A stretch of 64,000 nucleotides of DNA from an uncultured virus (IMG/VR IMGVR_UViG_3300011906_000001) (Duplodnaviria; Heunggongvirae; Uroviricota; Caudoviricetes), in IMG/VR virus record IMGVR_UViG_3300011906_000001, positions 1 through 64,000 of that record; one strand, given 5' to 3'. The notes under the pieces are model-generated. The model was not told the origin of the DNA. It saw only the letters and a program-made list of their open reading frames with translations, and did not search any database. The position numbers and the translations under genes were made by a program. Shown here in pieces: positions 28,207 through 36,460 of this stretch (position 1 is its first letter; every line of letters starts with the position of its first letter).

Positions 28207-28653
28207 TTAGTAGCTTGCGCCAATGGAACCAGTCCAACCATTACCTGTCCACAGGAGGGTAATGACGGTTTGAGTAGTACCCAGTGTAGGGACTACACCC
28301 CCGCTCCATTTAACGTTAGCCGGCCAGTTAATGATACCAGTCGAGCCATTGATGATCAGAACCGCTACCATGGAACGGTTAGCCGGAGGCTGATTGTTAA
28401 ACGTCAGCGTCCGGGTGGCCGTCTGAGCGATTTGAAACACTTGAGCAGTTGCAAAATCAAGCACCGTCGTGGTGGTCGACAGCTTCAGGTCATAGCGATC
28501 TTGTGCAAACTGAATGGGTTGTCCACCCAGTGTGGCACCATCCCCTACGCGCAGGGTTTTATCGGATGTGTTAAAAACGAGCTCACCGGCTCCTGGAACT
28601 ACCTTGTTGATTGCAGTTGCAATCCCTCGGCGAATTTTCAAACGAAAGGCCAT
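28207..28653 (-). CDS. fibre tip protein with Mtd_N-like N-terminal domain
   Basis: MAFRLKIRRG...GELVFNTSDKTLRVGDGATLGG; C-terminal INWPANVKWSGGVVP beta domain. Confidence 0.7.
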   Translation of the reverse strand: MAFRLKIRRGIATAINKVVPGAGELVFNTSDKTLRVGDGATLGGQPIQFAQDRYDLKLSTTTTVLDFATAQVFQIAQTATRTLTFNNQPPANRSMVAVLIINGSTGIINWPANVKWSGGVVPTLGTTQTVITLLWTGNGWTGSIGASY

Positions 28654-28721
28654 TATTAAATCCTTGATTGATCGAATGGATGATATTAAGGTAATGATCA
28701 ATTCATAAGATGACAAACCAA

Positions 28722-28757
28722 GGCATAAAGCCTCAGGCCGAAACCTGAGGCTTTATG
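28722..28757 (-). terminator. hairpin terminator (CATAA family)
   Basis: GGCATAAAGCCTCAGG-CCGAAA-CCTGAGGCTTTATG. Confidence 0.8.
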
Positions 28758-28788
28758 GGATCATCACTCAGGTATTAATCACCAGGGG

Positions 28789-29469
28789 TTAGACGCCGCC
28801 CAGTTCACCTTCGTCGAGTACCCAGTCGTCACCGACCTGAGTAAAGCCGAGCATGGCAATGACCTCACCCAGACGAGCAGGAGAAACGGCCTTGTCGGCG
28901 TTTTCCAGCGCTTGCGCTTCTTCGGTGCTGGCCAGGGCCAGGATCTCAGGGCTGGCCAGGTCAACGTAGACAGTACCACCCCAACGGAAGATGGCGCCGG
29001 TGTCGATGGCCACGTAGATCTTACCCGCTTCACCTTCAGCCGGGAAGGCATCACGGGTATCGAATTCCAGAACGTCATCGACATAGGAAGGCAGGACGCT
29101 TTCTTTGATGATGCCGTTTTCGAACAGATCAGCGAGGCTGACTTTGCCTTCGAGGGCTTCAGTCACCGCTTGTTGATCGGCCTTACCGCCGAGGGTTTCT
29201 TGGATGGCGGTCAGGGCATCAGTGTCGACCTTACCAGCCAGTGCTTCAGTCAGGCCGCCGATGCTGTCAACAGTCAGAGCACCCAGACCATCGGTGAGCA
29301 TACCTTCAATCACTTCACGCGACAGACCGGCGGGATGACCACCTGGAGTCACGCCATCGTGAACCGACAGCTCGAACGTGTCAGTGTTAAGAACCAGCTG
29401 ACCGATAGCGCCTACATAGGTGCTAACAGTAGCTTCTGAACCGCGCAGAATTTGAAAACGAAATGCCAT
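28789..29469 (-). CDS. abundant fibre segment protein: Mtd_N-like N-terminus and C-terminal WVLDEG motif
   Basis: MAFRFQILRG...GQLVLNTDTFELSVHDGVTPGG; GL..AL.GK.D repeats; LPSYVDDV...GKIYVAIDTG; capsid-like codon bias. Confidence 0.75.
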   Translation of the reverse strand: MAFRFQILRGSEATVSTYVGAIGQLVLNTDTFELSVHDGVTPGGHPAGLSREVIEGMLTDGLGALTVDSIGGLTEALAGKVDTDALTAIQETLGGKADQQAVTEALEGKVSLADLFENGIIKESVLPSYVDDVLEFDTRDAFPAEGEAGKIYVAIDTGAIFRWGGTVYVDLASPEILALASTEEAQALENADKAVSPARLGEVIAMLGFTQVGDDWVLDEGELGGV

Positions 29470-29573
29470 GTGAATGTCCCCTTAAAGGAAATTGAGAGTA
29501 GGAGGTTTAAACAATACAAGAGCACAATTACAATCGTTTAAAAGCCTTCCTATAAGATACTTAAGTTTTTGGA

Positions 29574-30164
29574 TTAAACAGACGTTTGGATAACGCCTTC
29601 ATCCAATACAATAACGCCGTCAGCATCGACCACAAAGCCCATACGATTCAAGGCATCGTTGATATGATCACCCACGGCTTCAACATCGAGCTTCAAACCC
29701 AAGGCTTTGGCCACAGCGTCGGAAATAGGCTTTTCAAGGTCAGAGGTATTATCAACCCGACCCAACCCCAATAGCCGTTTGTCCAACCCTTCCCACGCAG
29801 CCCCGCCAGAACGGGCAATTAAAACCATGCCATCTACAGATTCATTGACGGTATAAAGGGCTTGAAGGGCTCTGACCCACGCTTGTTCGGTGCCTTTAAA
29901 TTGCCCCTGATCCACGGCGATCTGATACGCCGATCGTCCTTCTAGCGATTTGAGCCAGGAGTATTGATCCCCATCATAGCCCAACTCAACCGCCAAGTCA
30001 TACGCTGACTTGCCTGTAACGGCCATGTATTCCCTAAGCGTTTCAATATTAAGCTTAAAGTCTTGATTAAGGCCATTACTGGCTTGCGTGATAATTGCAA
30101 ACCATACATCAGGGGTAATGTTTGATAGAGCACTTCTTGAACTGACTTTACCAGATACCGACAT
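29574..30164 (-). CDS. fibre segment protein
   Basis: Two G(K/R)SAY..AV..G repeats; GLGRVDNTSDLEKPIS; ends IVLDEGVIQTSV; AAGGAG SD. Confidence 0.7.
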   Translation of the reverse strand: MSVSGKVSSRSALSNITPDVWFAIITQASNGLNQDFKLNIETLREYMAVTGKSAYDLAVELGYDGDQYSWLKSLEGRSAYQIAVDQGQFKGTEQAWVRALQALYTVNESVDGMVLIARSGGAAWEGLDKRLLGLGRVDNTSDLEKPISDAVAKALGLKLDVEAVGDHINDALNRMGFVVDADGVIVLDEGVIQTSV

Positions 30165-30193
30165 AACAACTCTCCTTACTTCAACTTAAAATG

Positions 30194-30727
30194 TTAAGCC
30201 GATTCAAGCAGCACATAAAACCCATCTTCTTGCTGCATAAAACTACCATCCTCATTAAGGACATTGGCATCAACAAGTGCAGTCGGAGAGATGTTAATCA
30301 CCTTCGTGCCATAATACACATAACTCTCAGGATCAATGACTAAGGTGTAGGTTTGATTGGCTGTTTGAATGGGTGTTTTCTTAGTTGAGACACTTGTATC
30401 TTTTTCGCTTAAAGCCAAGCCAAAGGTTTGGTTAATGGTTTTGATAATCGATGCAGGGCTGATAGGTGGTTCAACATGAAGAGGTGTGTCATCTTTTATC
30501 ACCTCTTTAATATCAAGCCGTCTGTAGACATACCAATCCTTTTCACCGATTTCAAGATCGGTCATCTCAACAAAAGTACGACCCGGCTCTTGTTCTGTTG
30601 GATCGCTGTATAAATCCCCAAACACTACAAAACGAGGGTTGATCTCACGATGCGGGTAAGTCTTTTTAATCAAGCACACTAAAGCACTTTTAGAATCTAA
30701 TCCAAAAGGAAATTTCTGGTCAGCCAT
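30194..30727 (-). CDS. virion structural protein, paralog of 26902..27435
   Basis: FGDLYSDPTEQEPGRTFVEM...WYVYRRL; C-terminal LNEDG/QQEDG repeats; AAGGAG SD. Confidence 0.75.
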   Translation of the reverse strand: MADQKFPFGLDSKSALVCLIKKTYPHREINPRFVVFGDLYSDPTEQEPGRTFVEMTDLEIGEKDWYVYRRLDIKEVIKDDTPLHVEPPISPASIIKTINQTFGLALSEKDTSVSTKKTPIQTANQTYTLVIDPESYVYYGTKVINISPTALVDANVLNEDGSFMQQEDGFYVLLESA

Positions 30728-30775
30728 ACATACACTCCTTTTTTATAACAGAAAAAGGACAGGCGCAAGCGAAGA

Positions 30776-30789
30776 TACATAGAATAACC
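30776..30789 (-). promoter_or_regulatory. putative late promoter GGTTATTCTATGTA
   Basis: Identical to 27485-27498. Confidence 0.55.
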
Positions 30790-30803
30790 TCAATGCCTAA
30801 TAT

Positions 30804-30838
30804 GGCATAAAGCCCTTCCTCTTAAGAGGAAGGGCTTT
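30804..30838 (-). terminator. hairpin terminator overlapping the stop of 30822..31241
   Basis: GGCATAAAGCCCTTCCTC-TTAA-GAGGAAGGGCTTT. Confidence 0.75.
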
Positions 30839-31241
30839 GACCGTTTTGACCCAATAACATTTTAATAAGATCAAACACACCGTTGATGATCGTTTCAAGC
30901 AGACCACTGCTGTGTTCAGCTTGTTCAGGATCACCGAGCAACATGGCAAGGGTTAAGGTCATGGCAATCACGGCAATGAATGCAGACATGGCCAATACGG
31001 CGGTTCGATAAGAATCTTTATTCCTAACGCCCCCCAAAGGCTTGTCTAGAATCTGACCCCGAAGCACTGAGTTAGGCAACTGATACATTTGCGTTAATAC
31101 CGCAGCCCCGGTTTGATTTAAGTTCACTGCAATAGCAGGGTCGTTAAGCGAGGCATTGATAACCGCTTTAATGGCTTTAGAGTAAGGACTCTTAACCAGG
31201 GGTTTGTCCCCTACATCAATTAAGGCTTCTTCTAATGTCAT
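30822..31241 (-). CDS. membrane protein, putative holin
   Basis: One clear TM helix plus C-terminal amphipathic helix; coupled to the spanin genes. Confidence 0.5.
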   Translation of the reverse strand: MTLEEALIDVGDKPLVKSPYSKAIKAVINASLNDPAIAVNLNQTGAAVLTQMYQLPNSVLRGQILDKPLGGVRNKDSYRTAVLAMSAFIAVIAMTLTLAMLLGDPEQAEHSSGLLETIINGVFDLIKMLLGQNGQSPSS

Positions 31242-31807
31242 GGTAGGCCTCCAGGTAGGCCAGTTTGCTTAGCCTTAGTGTTCCACTCGCGAATCGATTT
31301 AAGACGATCGTTGCACAGTCCTAAGTAATCGGTTTGAGCGATGTATTTATCACTCATCATCAAAAAACGGGCTTCCCATTCACGGGATTCAGCGAAGCGT
31401 TCACGAATCAGTTCAGCAGCTTCTTTATCTTCCATGGCATCAAGCCACAGATTCCATTGACGATCCTGTTCTTGGTAAGCGGCATCTAATGGATAATGTC
31501 GCCGTGCCTCAATCAACTCTTTAGAAGAAGGCGGGCGTTCACCTTTGCAACTAAGAGTTAGGGCTTGTGGCGTTGTGACAACTTGTGTCACTGTCAACGG
31601 CCTGGCAGAATCGGTCGAACATCCGCTCAGAAAGCCTAGAAAGGCGAAGGCCAGGATCAGGGGTAGGGACAGGCCTTTTAACTGAACGCGACTCCTGTGG
31701 GCTCTGTGGAACCTCAGAGGGATATGTTTGAGTAGGGGGTTGATCAGGTTGAGCAGTATCAGGAGATTGTGGCTCAGGCGTTGCGTTAATTTGATCCAAG
31801 TATTCAT
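31238..31807 (-). CDS. o-spanin-like outer-membrane lipoprotein
   Basis: Lipobox LSGC after a hydrophobic stretch; overlaps the 3' half of the i-spanin gene in another frame; GAGG SD before ATG 31807. Confidence 0.7.
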   Translation of the reverse strand: MNTWIKLTQRLSHNLLILLNLINPLLKHIPLRFHRAHRSRVQLKGLSLPLILAFAFLGFLSGCSTDSARPLTVTQVVTTPQALTLSCKGERPPSSKELIEARRHYPLDAAYQEQDRQWNLWLDAMEDKEAAELIRERFAESREWEARFLMMSDKYIAQTDYLGLCNDRLKSIREWNTKAKQTGLPGGLP

Positions 31808-32078
31808 GAACAACCTCTTTACGTGTTTCAATAAGGTTTGTTTCTTTAGTGGTTTGCGATTGAATACTCTCACTCACCACCCGATCCGCTAGTTCAGCCA
31901 ACTCAGTTTGAGTGGTCACCTCTTGCTTGGCTTGCTCCAGCGTTTGTTCAGTACGTGTGTTCGTATCTCGCAATTCTAAATACTTACCGCCTACGACATA
32001 GGCGGCTATCCCACTGATGAGAACGGCACCTAACAGCGCCCATTCCCAAGGTTTTATCCCTGTAAAAAAACTGAACAT
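31551..32078 (-). CDS. i-spanin-like inner-membrane protein
   Basis: N-terminal TM helix, coiled coil, Pro-rich linker, C-terminal Cys pair. Confidence 0.75.
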   Translation of the reverse strand: MFSFFTGIKPWEWALLGAVLISGIAAYVVGGKYLELRDTNTRTEQTLEQAKQEVTTQTELAELADRVVSESIQSQTTKETNLIETRKEVVHEYLDQINATPEPQSPDTAQPDQPPTQTYPSEVPQSPQESRSVKRPVPTPDPGLRLSRLSERMFDRFCQAVDSDTSCHNATSPNS

Positions 32079-32089
32079 GGGCGGTGCCC

Positions 32090-32668
32090 TCAATTGATCG
32101 CTAACAGACGCTTCATAAAATACAAGGCAATCGCCGTGGCATCGACACTGTGTTCATCCATCGCGTTGATATCCACTTGCCAAATCAGATCATCGCGCGC
32201 CCTTAATGCTTCAAGCACGGCGGTTTTCTTATCATCACCTTTGATCTTTCCTTTAACCCCAGCCAGTTTTTTAACCGTGGAAGGGTCAACGGTGTAAAGC
32301 GGCATGGTCGAGTCGTATTGATACAGGGTGTTCCTGACCATACAAACGCTTTCAACCAAGGCCCTGAAGGCTTCTACAGAGGCCCTTAGGTAGTTGTTTT
32401 CCACCACCACTGCATGAGGCTTGTATTCAGTGATGACATTCAAGAGTTGATCGGACAGGTTCATTAACCGTCCAGTGCGTGAACCGTGGTAATAGGCAAT
32501 GGTACTGTAGGTTGGATCGTTGTCTTTAGCAATCGCTGTAAAGGCTTGAGCGACTGTGAGCTTATCGCTCTCACAGTCAGACTCAAGGCATCCAATCCCC
32601 ATGGTTGCCGTACCAGGGTCAATACCCATTACCCTTAACGGCTCGTTCCGTTTAGGGAGGATTAACAT
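32090..32668 (-). CDS. ruvC: RuvC-like Holliday junction resolvase
   Basis: MGIDPG, VVVEN, PSTVKK, EHSVDATAIA catalytic motifs. Confidence 0.9.
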   Translation of the reverse strand: MLILPKRNEPLRVMGIDPGTATMGIGCLESDCESDKLTVAQAFTAIAKDNDPTYSTIAYYHGSRTGRLMNLSDQLLNVITEYKPHAVVVENNYLRASVEAFRALVESVCMVRNTLYQYDSTMPLYTVDPSTVKKLAGVKGKIKGDDKKTAVLEALRARDDLIWQVDINAMDEHSVDATAIALYFMKRLLAIN

Positions 32669-32669
32669 A

Positions 32670-33563
32670 TCAACTCAGAAACGTTGCACTGTTAAGGGTA
32701 TCTTCACCCAACATCGGTTCAACACCACCCACATCAATATTCAGTTGCGCGCCATCACTGGTGTAACCAACAGGGTGGTTAGTGGCGATATGGATATTGA
32801 CTTGACAGGCAATGACTTCGTTGTACTGAAAACTTCCAGCTGTACCGGAATCACCTGCTACCATCTTATCTACGCCTGTGCACAAAGTCAGTTCCGAAAT
32901 CACAGGGGAGCGAGGCGAACCTGTTCGAACCCGATGGGCATTGATGATTTCAGCAATGTCTTCAGCGGTCAGGTTAATTGTGATAATGGCAGAAGCACTA
33001 ACCGAGGAATCAGAGCCCAGCACGGTGCCATTGCTACCAATCGCCGGAGGGGTTGGGTTCAAATCGTCCGTGGTCGGTACATAAGGGGTTACGGTAATCA
33101 CCCCATCGACCTTCTCAACTTTCTGAAGCTGAACCGAGACTGTGGACAGATCAATCCGCCGGGCGTAGTAGGCGTAATAGTTTCGCCCGTTATGGGTTTC
33201 CTTACGACGCAAGGCATATTTACTGCGCTGGTTCGCCGGAAGATCATCGGTGATCTCGCGGAGCACAAAGGGGATCATGCCGTAAAGGCCTGCATCATTG
33301 GCCCGATGAGGACGCGGGACAGAGGCCCAACTACCATCATCTTCTTTAATGGCTTCATGACCCAAGTTACCAATGCACAGGTACTTAAGGCTGGGCATCT
33401 CGCCAGCCGATGGCAGAACGCCTGGTTGGATGGCCAGCTTTTCGTTTAGTGTGGTATTGGGAATCAGGGTAAAGGGGAGGCCCAAATATTTCATGGTCTG
33501 CAATGCCACCCCATATGCGGTTCGGGTGACAGAGATAATTTGTTGATCAAGGGACGACATCAT
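32670..33563 (-). CDS. virion structural protein (phiKZ gp139-like)
   Basis: [28 protein letters not shown] motifs; adjacent to RuvC. Confidence 0.7.
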   Translation of the reverse strand: MMSSLDQQIISVTRTAYGVALQTMKYLGLPFTLIPNTTLNEKLAIQPGVLPSAGEMPSLKYLCIGNLGHEAIKEDDGSWASVPRPHRANDAGLYGMIPFVLREITDDLPANQRSKYALRRKETHNGRNYYAYYARRIDLSTVSVQLQKVEKVDGVITVTPYVPTTDDLNPTPPAIGSNGTVLGSDSSVSASAIITINLTAEDIAEIINAHRVRTGSPRSPVISELTLCTGVDKMVAGDSGTAGSFQYNEVIACQVNIHIATNHPVGYTSDGAQLNIDVGGVEPMLGEDTLNSATFLS

Positions 33564-33598
33564 AACCTCGCGAGATTAAAGTAAAGGCACTTAAAAGA

Positions 33599-34090
33599 TT
33601 AAGGCATGTAACGATCAGGTGAATCCAATACCATTACACAGGCCCAGAGTTGCCCTTCTTGACTGCGTTTGATTTCATGGATATTGCGCAGGCTAAAGCC
33701 AATCCCTTCCCCCTTCTTAACCATGACTGGTTCATCATTGATCAAGATGGACTGATTGGTCCGAAGTGCATAGGCAATGATGGTACCTGATTGGACTTCA
33801 TTGACCCAGGTGGTCATGCGATCCAAAAACCCTTCTTTAGCCGGGAAATCGAGAAACCAACCCACGACTGCCTTTTCCCATTGTTTTTTGGGAAGAGCGT
33901 CTTTAAAGCGTTGGCGTTGATCGCGGTTCCAGCTGAACCACCGCGTGTTTTTATACACGCTGAGATTATGACAGCTGTTCTCACCCATACGTCTTGAATT
34001 GCTTCTTACATTGGGCAGTTCAAATTCAGAACGAAGCTCAACCAAGGCCTTGACATTCTGTTCATCAAGGGCGGGGTAAATAACATGCAT
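33599..34090 (-). CDS. degenerate 2OG-Fe(II) oxygenase/cupin-like protein
   Basis: GEGIGF...IHEIK aligns with the neighbour's GNGVIF...PHSVP; no HxD. Confidence 0.5.
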   Translation of the reverse strand: MHVIYPALDEQNVKALVELRSEFELPNVRSNSRRMGENSCHNLSVYKNTRWFSWNRDQRQRFKDALPKKQWEKAVVGWFLDFPAKEGFLDRMTTWVNEVQSGTIIAYALRTNQSILINDEPVMVKKGEGIGFSLRNIHEIKRSQEGQLWACVMVLDSPDRYMP

Positions 34091-34103
34091 GGAAAGACCC
34101 TTT

Positions 34104-34586
34104 TTATTCGTACAGGAAAATCACTACATAACGACGATGCTTAACCGGTGGAACCGAATGCGGTTCGCTTCGGGCAGGGAAGATCACTCCATTACCTGCA
34201 TCGTCTTCATGAAAGGTTTCTCCGCAATAAAGCCCATCGCCGTTATCACACAAGGGAATGACCATGTTAAACCGGTATTGCGCATGGTCTATATGTTCCG
34301 GCATGTGACCCCCGACGTCGTATCGGTTAATCACCGCTTCCCCAAGCCAGGTGCCTTTGATTTTAGGCGCGAGGCTTCTTAGGTATTCGTTAAAGGCTTT
34401 AGGTTGTTGGCGATCCCCACAAAAGTAATAATCGGTTATGTTTGAACCTTTGGTGGGGATGCTATTGATTTTATCGCGATGAAACCAACGAGGTGCTTCA
34501 AAGGCTTCGATCTCTTGGATCAGGTAAGCGCATTCCTCTTTAGAAAACGCTTCCACCTTTGTCAGGCTGGGGTCCATAGAGTTCAT
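34104..34586 (-). CDS. 2OG-Fe(II) oxygenase, prolyl-hydroxylase-like
   Basis: FSKEEC; INRY..GGHMPEHID (HxD); PHSVPPV..RR.V (distal His and 2OG Arg); start uncertain (34577/34586/34649). Confidence 0.85.
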   Translation of the reverse strand: MNSMDPSLTKVEAFSKEECAYLIQEIEAFEAPRWFHRDKINSIPTKGSNITDYYFCGDRQQPKAFNEYLRSLAPKIKGTWLGEAVINRYDVGGHMPEHIDHAQYRFNMVIPLCDNGDGLYCGETFHEDDAGNGVIFPARSEPHSVPPVKHRRYVVIFLYE

Positions 34587-35106
34587 GGATACCGCCTTCA
34601 AGTTGGTCGGCCTCAAGGGCTTGTTGAGCTTCGTTTGAGATGTATTCATAATCACTGCTCTGTTGATAAAACTCTTTACGAATACCATTGGCTTCTTTAA
34701 CTTCGTTGATATAGTCGATCATATCAACCAGTTCAGTTTGTTCAACGCCAAGCTTTTCCGAAAGCTTCATGATCGCTCTTGACAATACGTTGACTTGCTG
34801 AATCACGGGATAGCGTGCCGTAATTTTATCGCGAGCAGCGGCGTCCATAGCGCTTTCGTAAATGGTTCTTGGAAGTTCAGCTTTAGCTTTGATTTGATGG
34901 TTGGGATAATTACCCACCACCGCATCGTTTTCGAAATCAAATTCTGCCCGAGCGTAGGTAAACAGTTCAGGATGGCCTAAGGTTTCGATGTCGATATCAT
35001 TGTCATGAATGACGGAAATCAATGCCCCCGTAATTTTGTTAAACTGCAAAATTACTGGTGATTTACCTTCAGGAAGGGTATACGCCTGTGCTGCTGTTGC
35101 ATCCAT
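34540..35106 (-). CDS. hypothetical protein, possible fibre chaperone
   Basis: 188 aa, GAGGA SD, directly downstream of the fibre genes. Confidence 0.6.
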   Translation of the reverse strand: MDATAAQAYTLPEGKSPVILQFNKITGALISVIHDNDIDIETLGHPELFTYARAEFDFENDAVVGNYPNHQIKAKAELPRTIYESAMDAAARDKITARYPVIQQVNVLSRAIMKLSEKLGVEQTELVDMIDYINEVKEANGIRKEFYQQSSDYEYISNEAQQALEADQLEGGIHELYGPQPDKGGSVF

Positions 35107-35124
35107 GGGGATGGTCCTCTTTAA

Positions 35125-36447
35125 TTAACGACCCGATTGTCCAATCCAACCACCTGCTGTTCTAAGCCAATAGTTGGTCTCATAATAAGCGTACTTACGA
35201 GGTTGGACGGTAATGCGGGCAAAAGCATAAGTGCCTATAGGAAAGGATGCCAAGTTAGAATAACTGGTATTAAGGGTTTGAATGGCGGCGGCTCCCGATG
35301 AGAATGATCCCACGAAAATAGCCGACCCCCCGCCTTTCTCGTATTGTTTAAACCAATGGTCAATGGCGACAAAGGTGGAATTACCCATCAGAAGGGTATC
35401 ACGACTCCCAGTATTAGTCCCTAGTCGATTGATGTTAAACTTGCCCGTGGTAATGTTCCGAGTAGGGATGTCCTTTCGGGCATTCAGGTACAAGGTGTTG
35501 TAATCCACCCCACCAAGCAAGGCACTGTTGTACGCCATCGCTTCACGATCAAGCAAATTCAAAAGCTTTGAGTAGGTCTGAGCTTTGGTGTATGCCTTGA
35601 TCTGAGCAGCGGTAACCTCGTGGGGATTATCGACATCACTGAGGTGTTTATCCAGATCAGGGATGAATCCTGCGGCGAGGATCTTGTACGCATTACCCGG
35701 CGTCAAATACAATGCATTCTGTTTGGGATTAATCGCTTGGGCATCGGTTGCCATAGGCCAATTATTGAGTTCAGAAAGCCCGACTTGCGTTTGGGTGACC
35801 TGATGAGGATTTTCAAAGTCACTGTAATGAAGGGCGGCGGCTTTTGCAAAATCACTGACGACCTTAGTGCATTCAGCAACCAATGCTGTGGCATACCGAC
35901 TCGCCTCTGCAATGATGGCATCGTCGCCAATCCCAATCGTGCCTTCTAGCCGCTTTAGTTCATCAACCATGGCATCCATGCCAATGACCTGCCACCATTC
36001 ATGGGTGTGGTCTTCAGGAATATACGTCGTGGGTCTTCCAACGATATCGGAAAACTTAACGGTTTGATTCTCATCGCGGATGGCATTCATCAAGGCTTTG
36101 ACTTCCTTGACTGATAGCCCAAAAGAGCCTCCAACGGCTCTGTAGTCCACTTTAACCACTGAAGACACATTGGGATTGATAATCACAATCATCCCATAGA
36201 CTGCAAGACCTGTCAGTTCAGTTAAGTGATCGTACAGATAGGTCGGAAGATAATCCACCCCTTTGGTCAGTGACACCCCATGGTTGTCGTAGACTTTAAG
36301 GTTGTCTTCATAAAACCCCCCTCGATCAAGCATCACCACGCGGTGGCGACTGGCCTTAACCACTAACAGGGTGTGAGCCTCACCTAAAATACGATTGGAC
36401 AGTGCTTTGGCTGTTAAATCAAGTGGAAGGAGCGTTAGCGCACCCAT
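35125..36447 (-). CDS. tail fibre paralog
   Basis: LPLDLT N-terminus; NPH.VT..Q repeats; shared C-terminal (F/Y)P.GT...RTAGGW domain. Confidence 0.8.
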   Translation of the reverse strand: MGALTLLPLDLTAKALSNRILGEAHTLLVVKASRHRVVMLDRGGFYEDNLKVYDNHGVSLTKGVDYLPTYLYDHLTELTGLAVYGMIVIINPNVSSVVKVDYRAVGGSFGLSVKEVKALMNAIRDENQTVKFSDIVGRPTTYIPEDHTHEWWQVIGMDAMVDELKRLEGTIGIGDDAIIAEASRYATALVAECTKVVSDFAKAAALHYSDFENPHQVTQTQVGLSELNNWPMATDAQAINPKQNALYLTPGNAYKILAAGFIPDLDKHLSDVDNPHEVTAAQIKAYTKAQTYSKLLNLLDREAMAYNSALLGGVDYNTLYLNARKDIPTRNITTGKFNINRLGTNTGSRDTLLMGNSTFVAIDHWFKQYEKGGGSAIFVGSFSSGAAAIQTLNTSYSNLASFPIGTYAFARITVQPRKYAYYETNYWLRTAGGWIGQSGR

Positions 36448-36460
36448 AACAAACCTCGTC

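Noticed and set aside
28207..29469. Diversity-generating retroelement suggested by the Mtd_N-like domains
   Set aside because: No reverse transcriptase, no C-type lectin variable region and no template/variable repeat pair differing at adenines in the window
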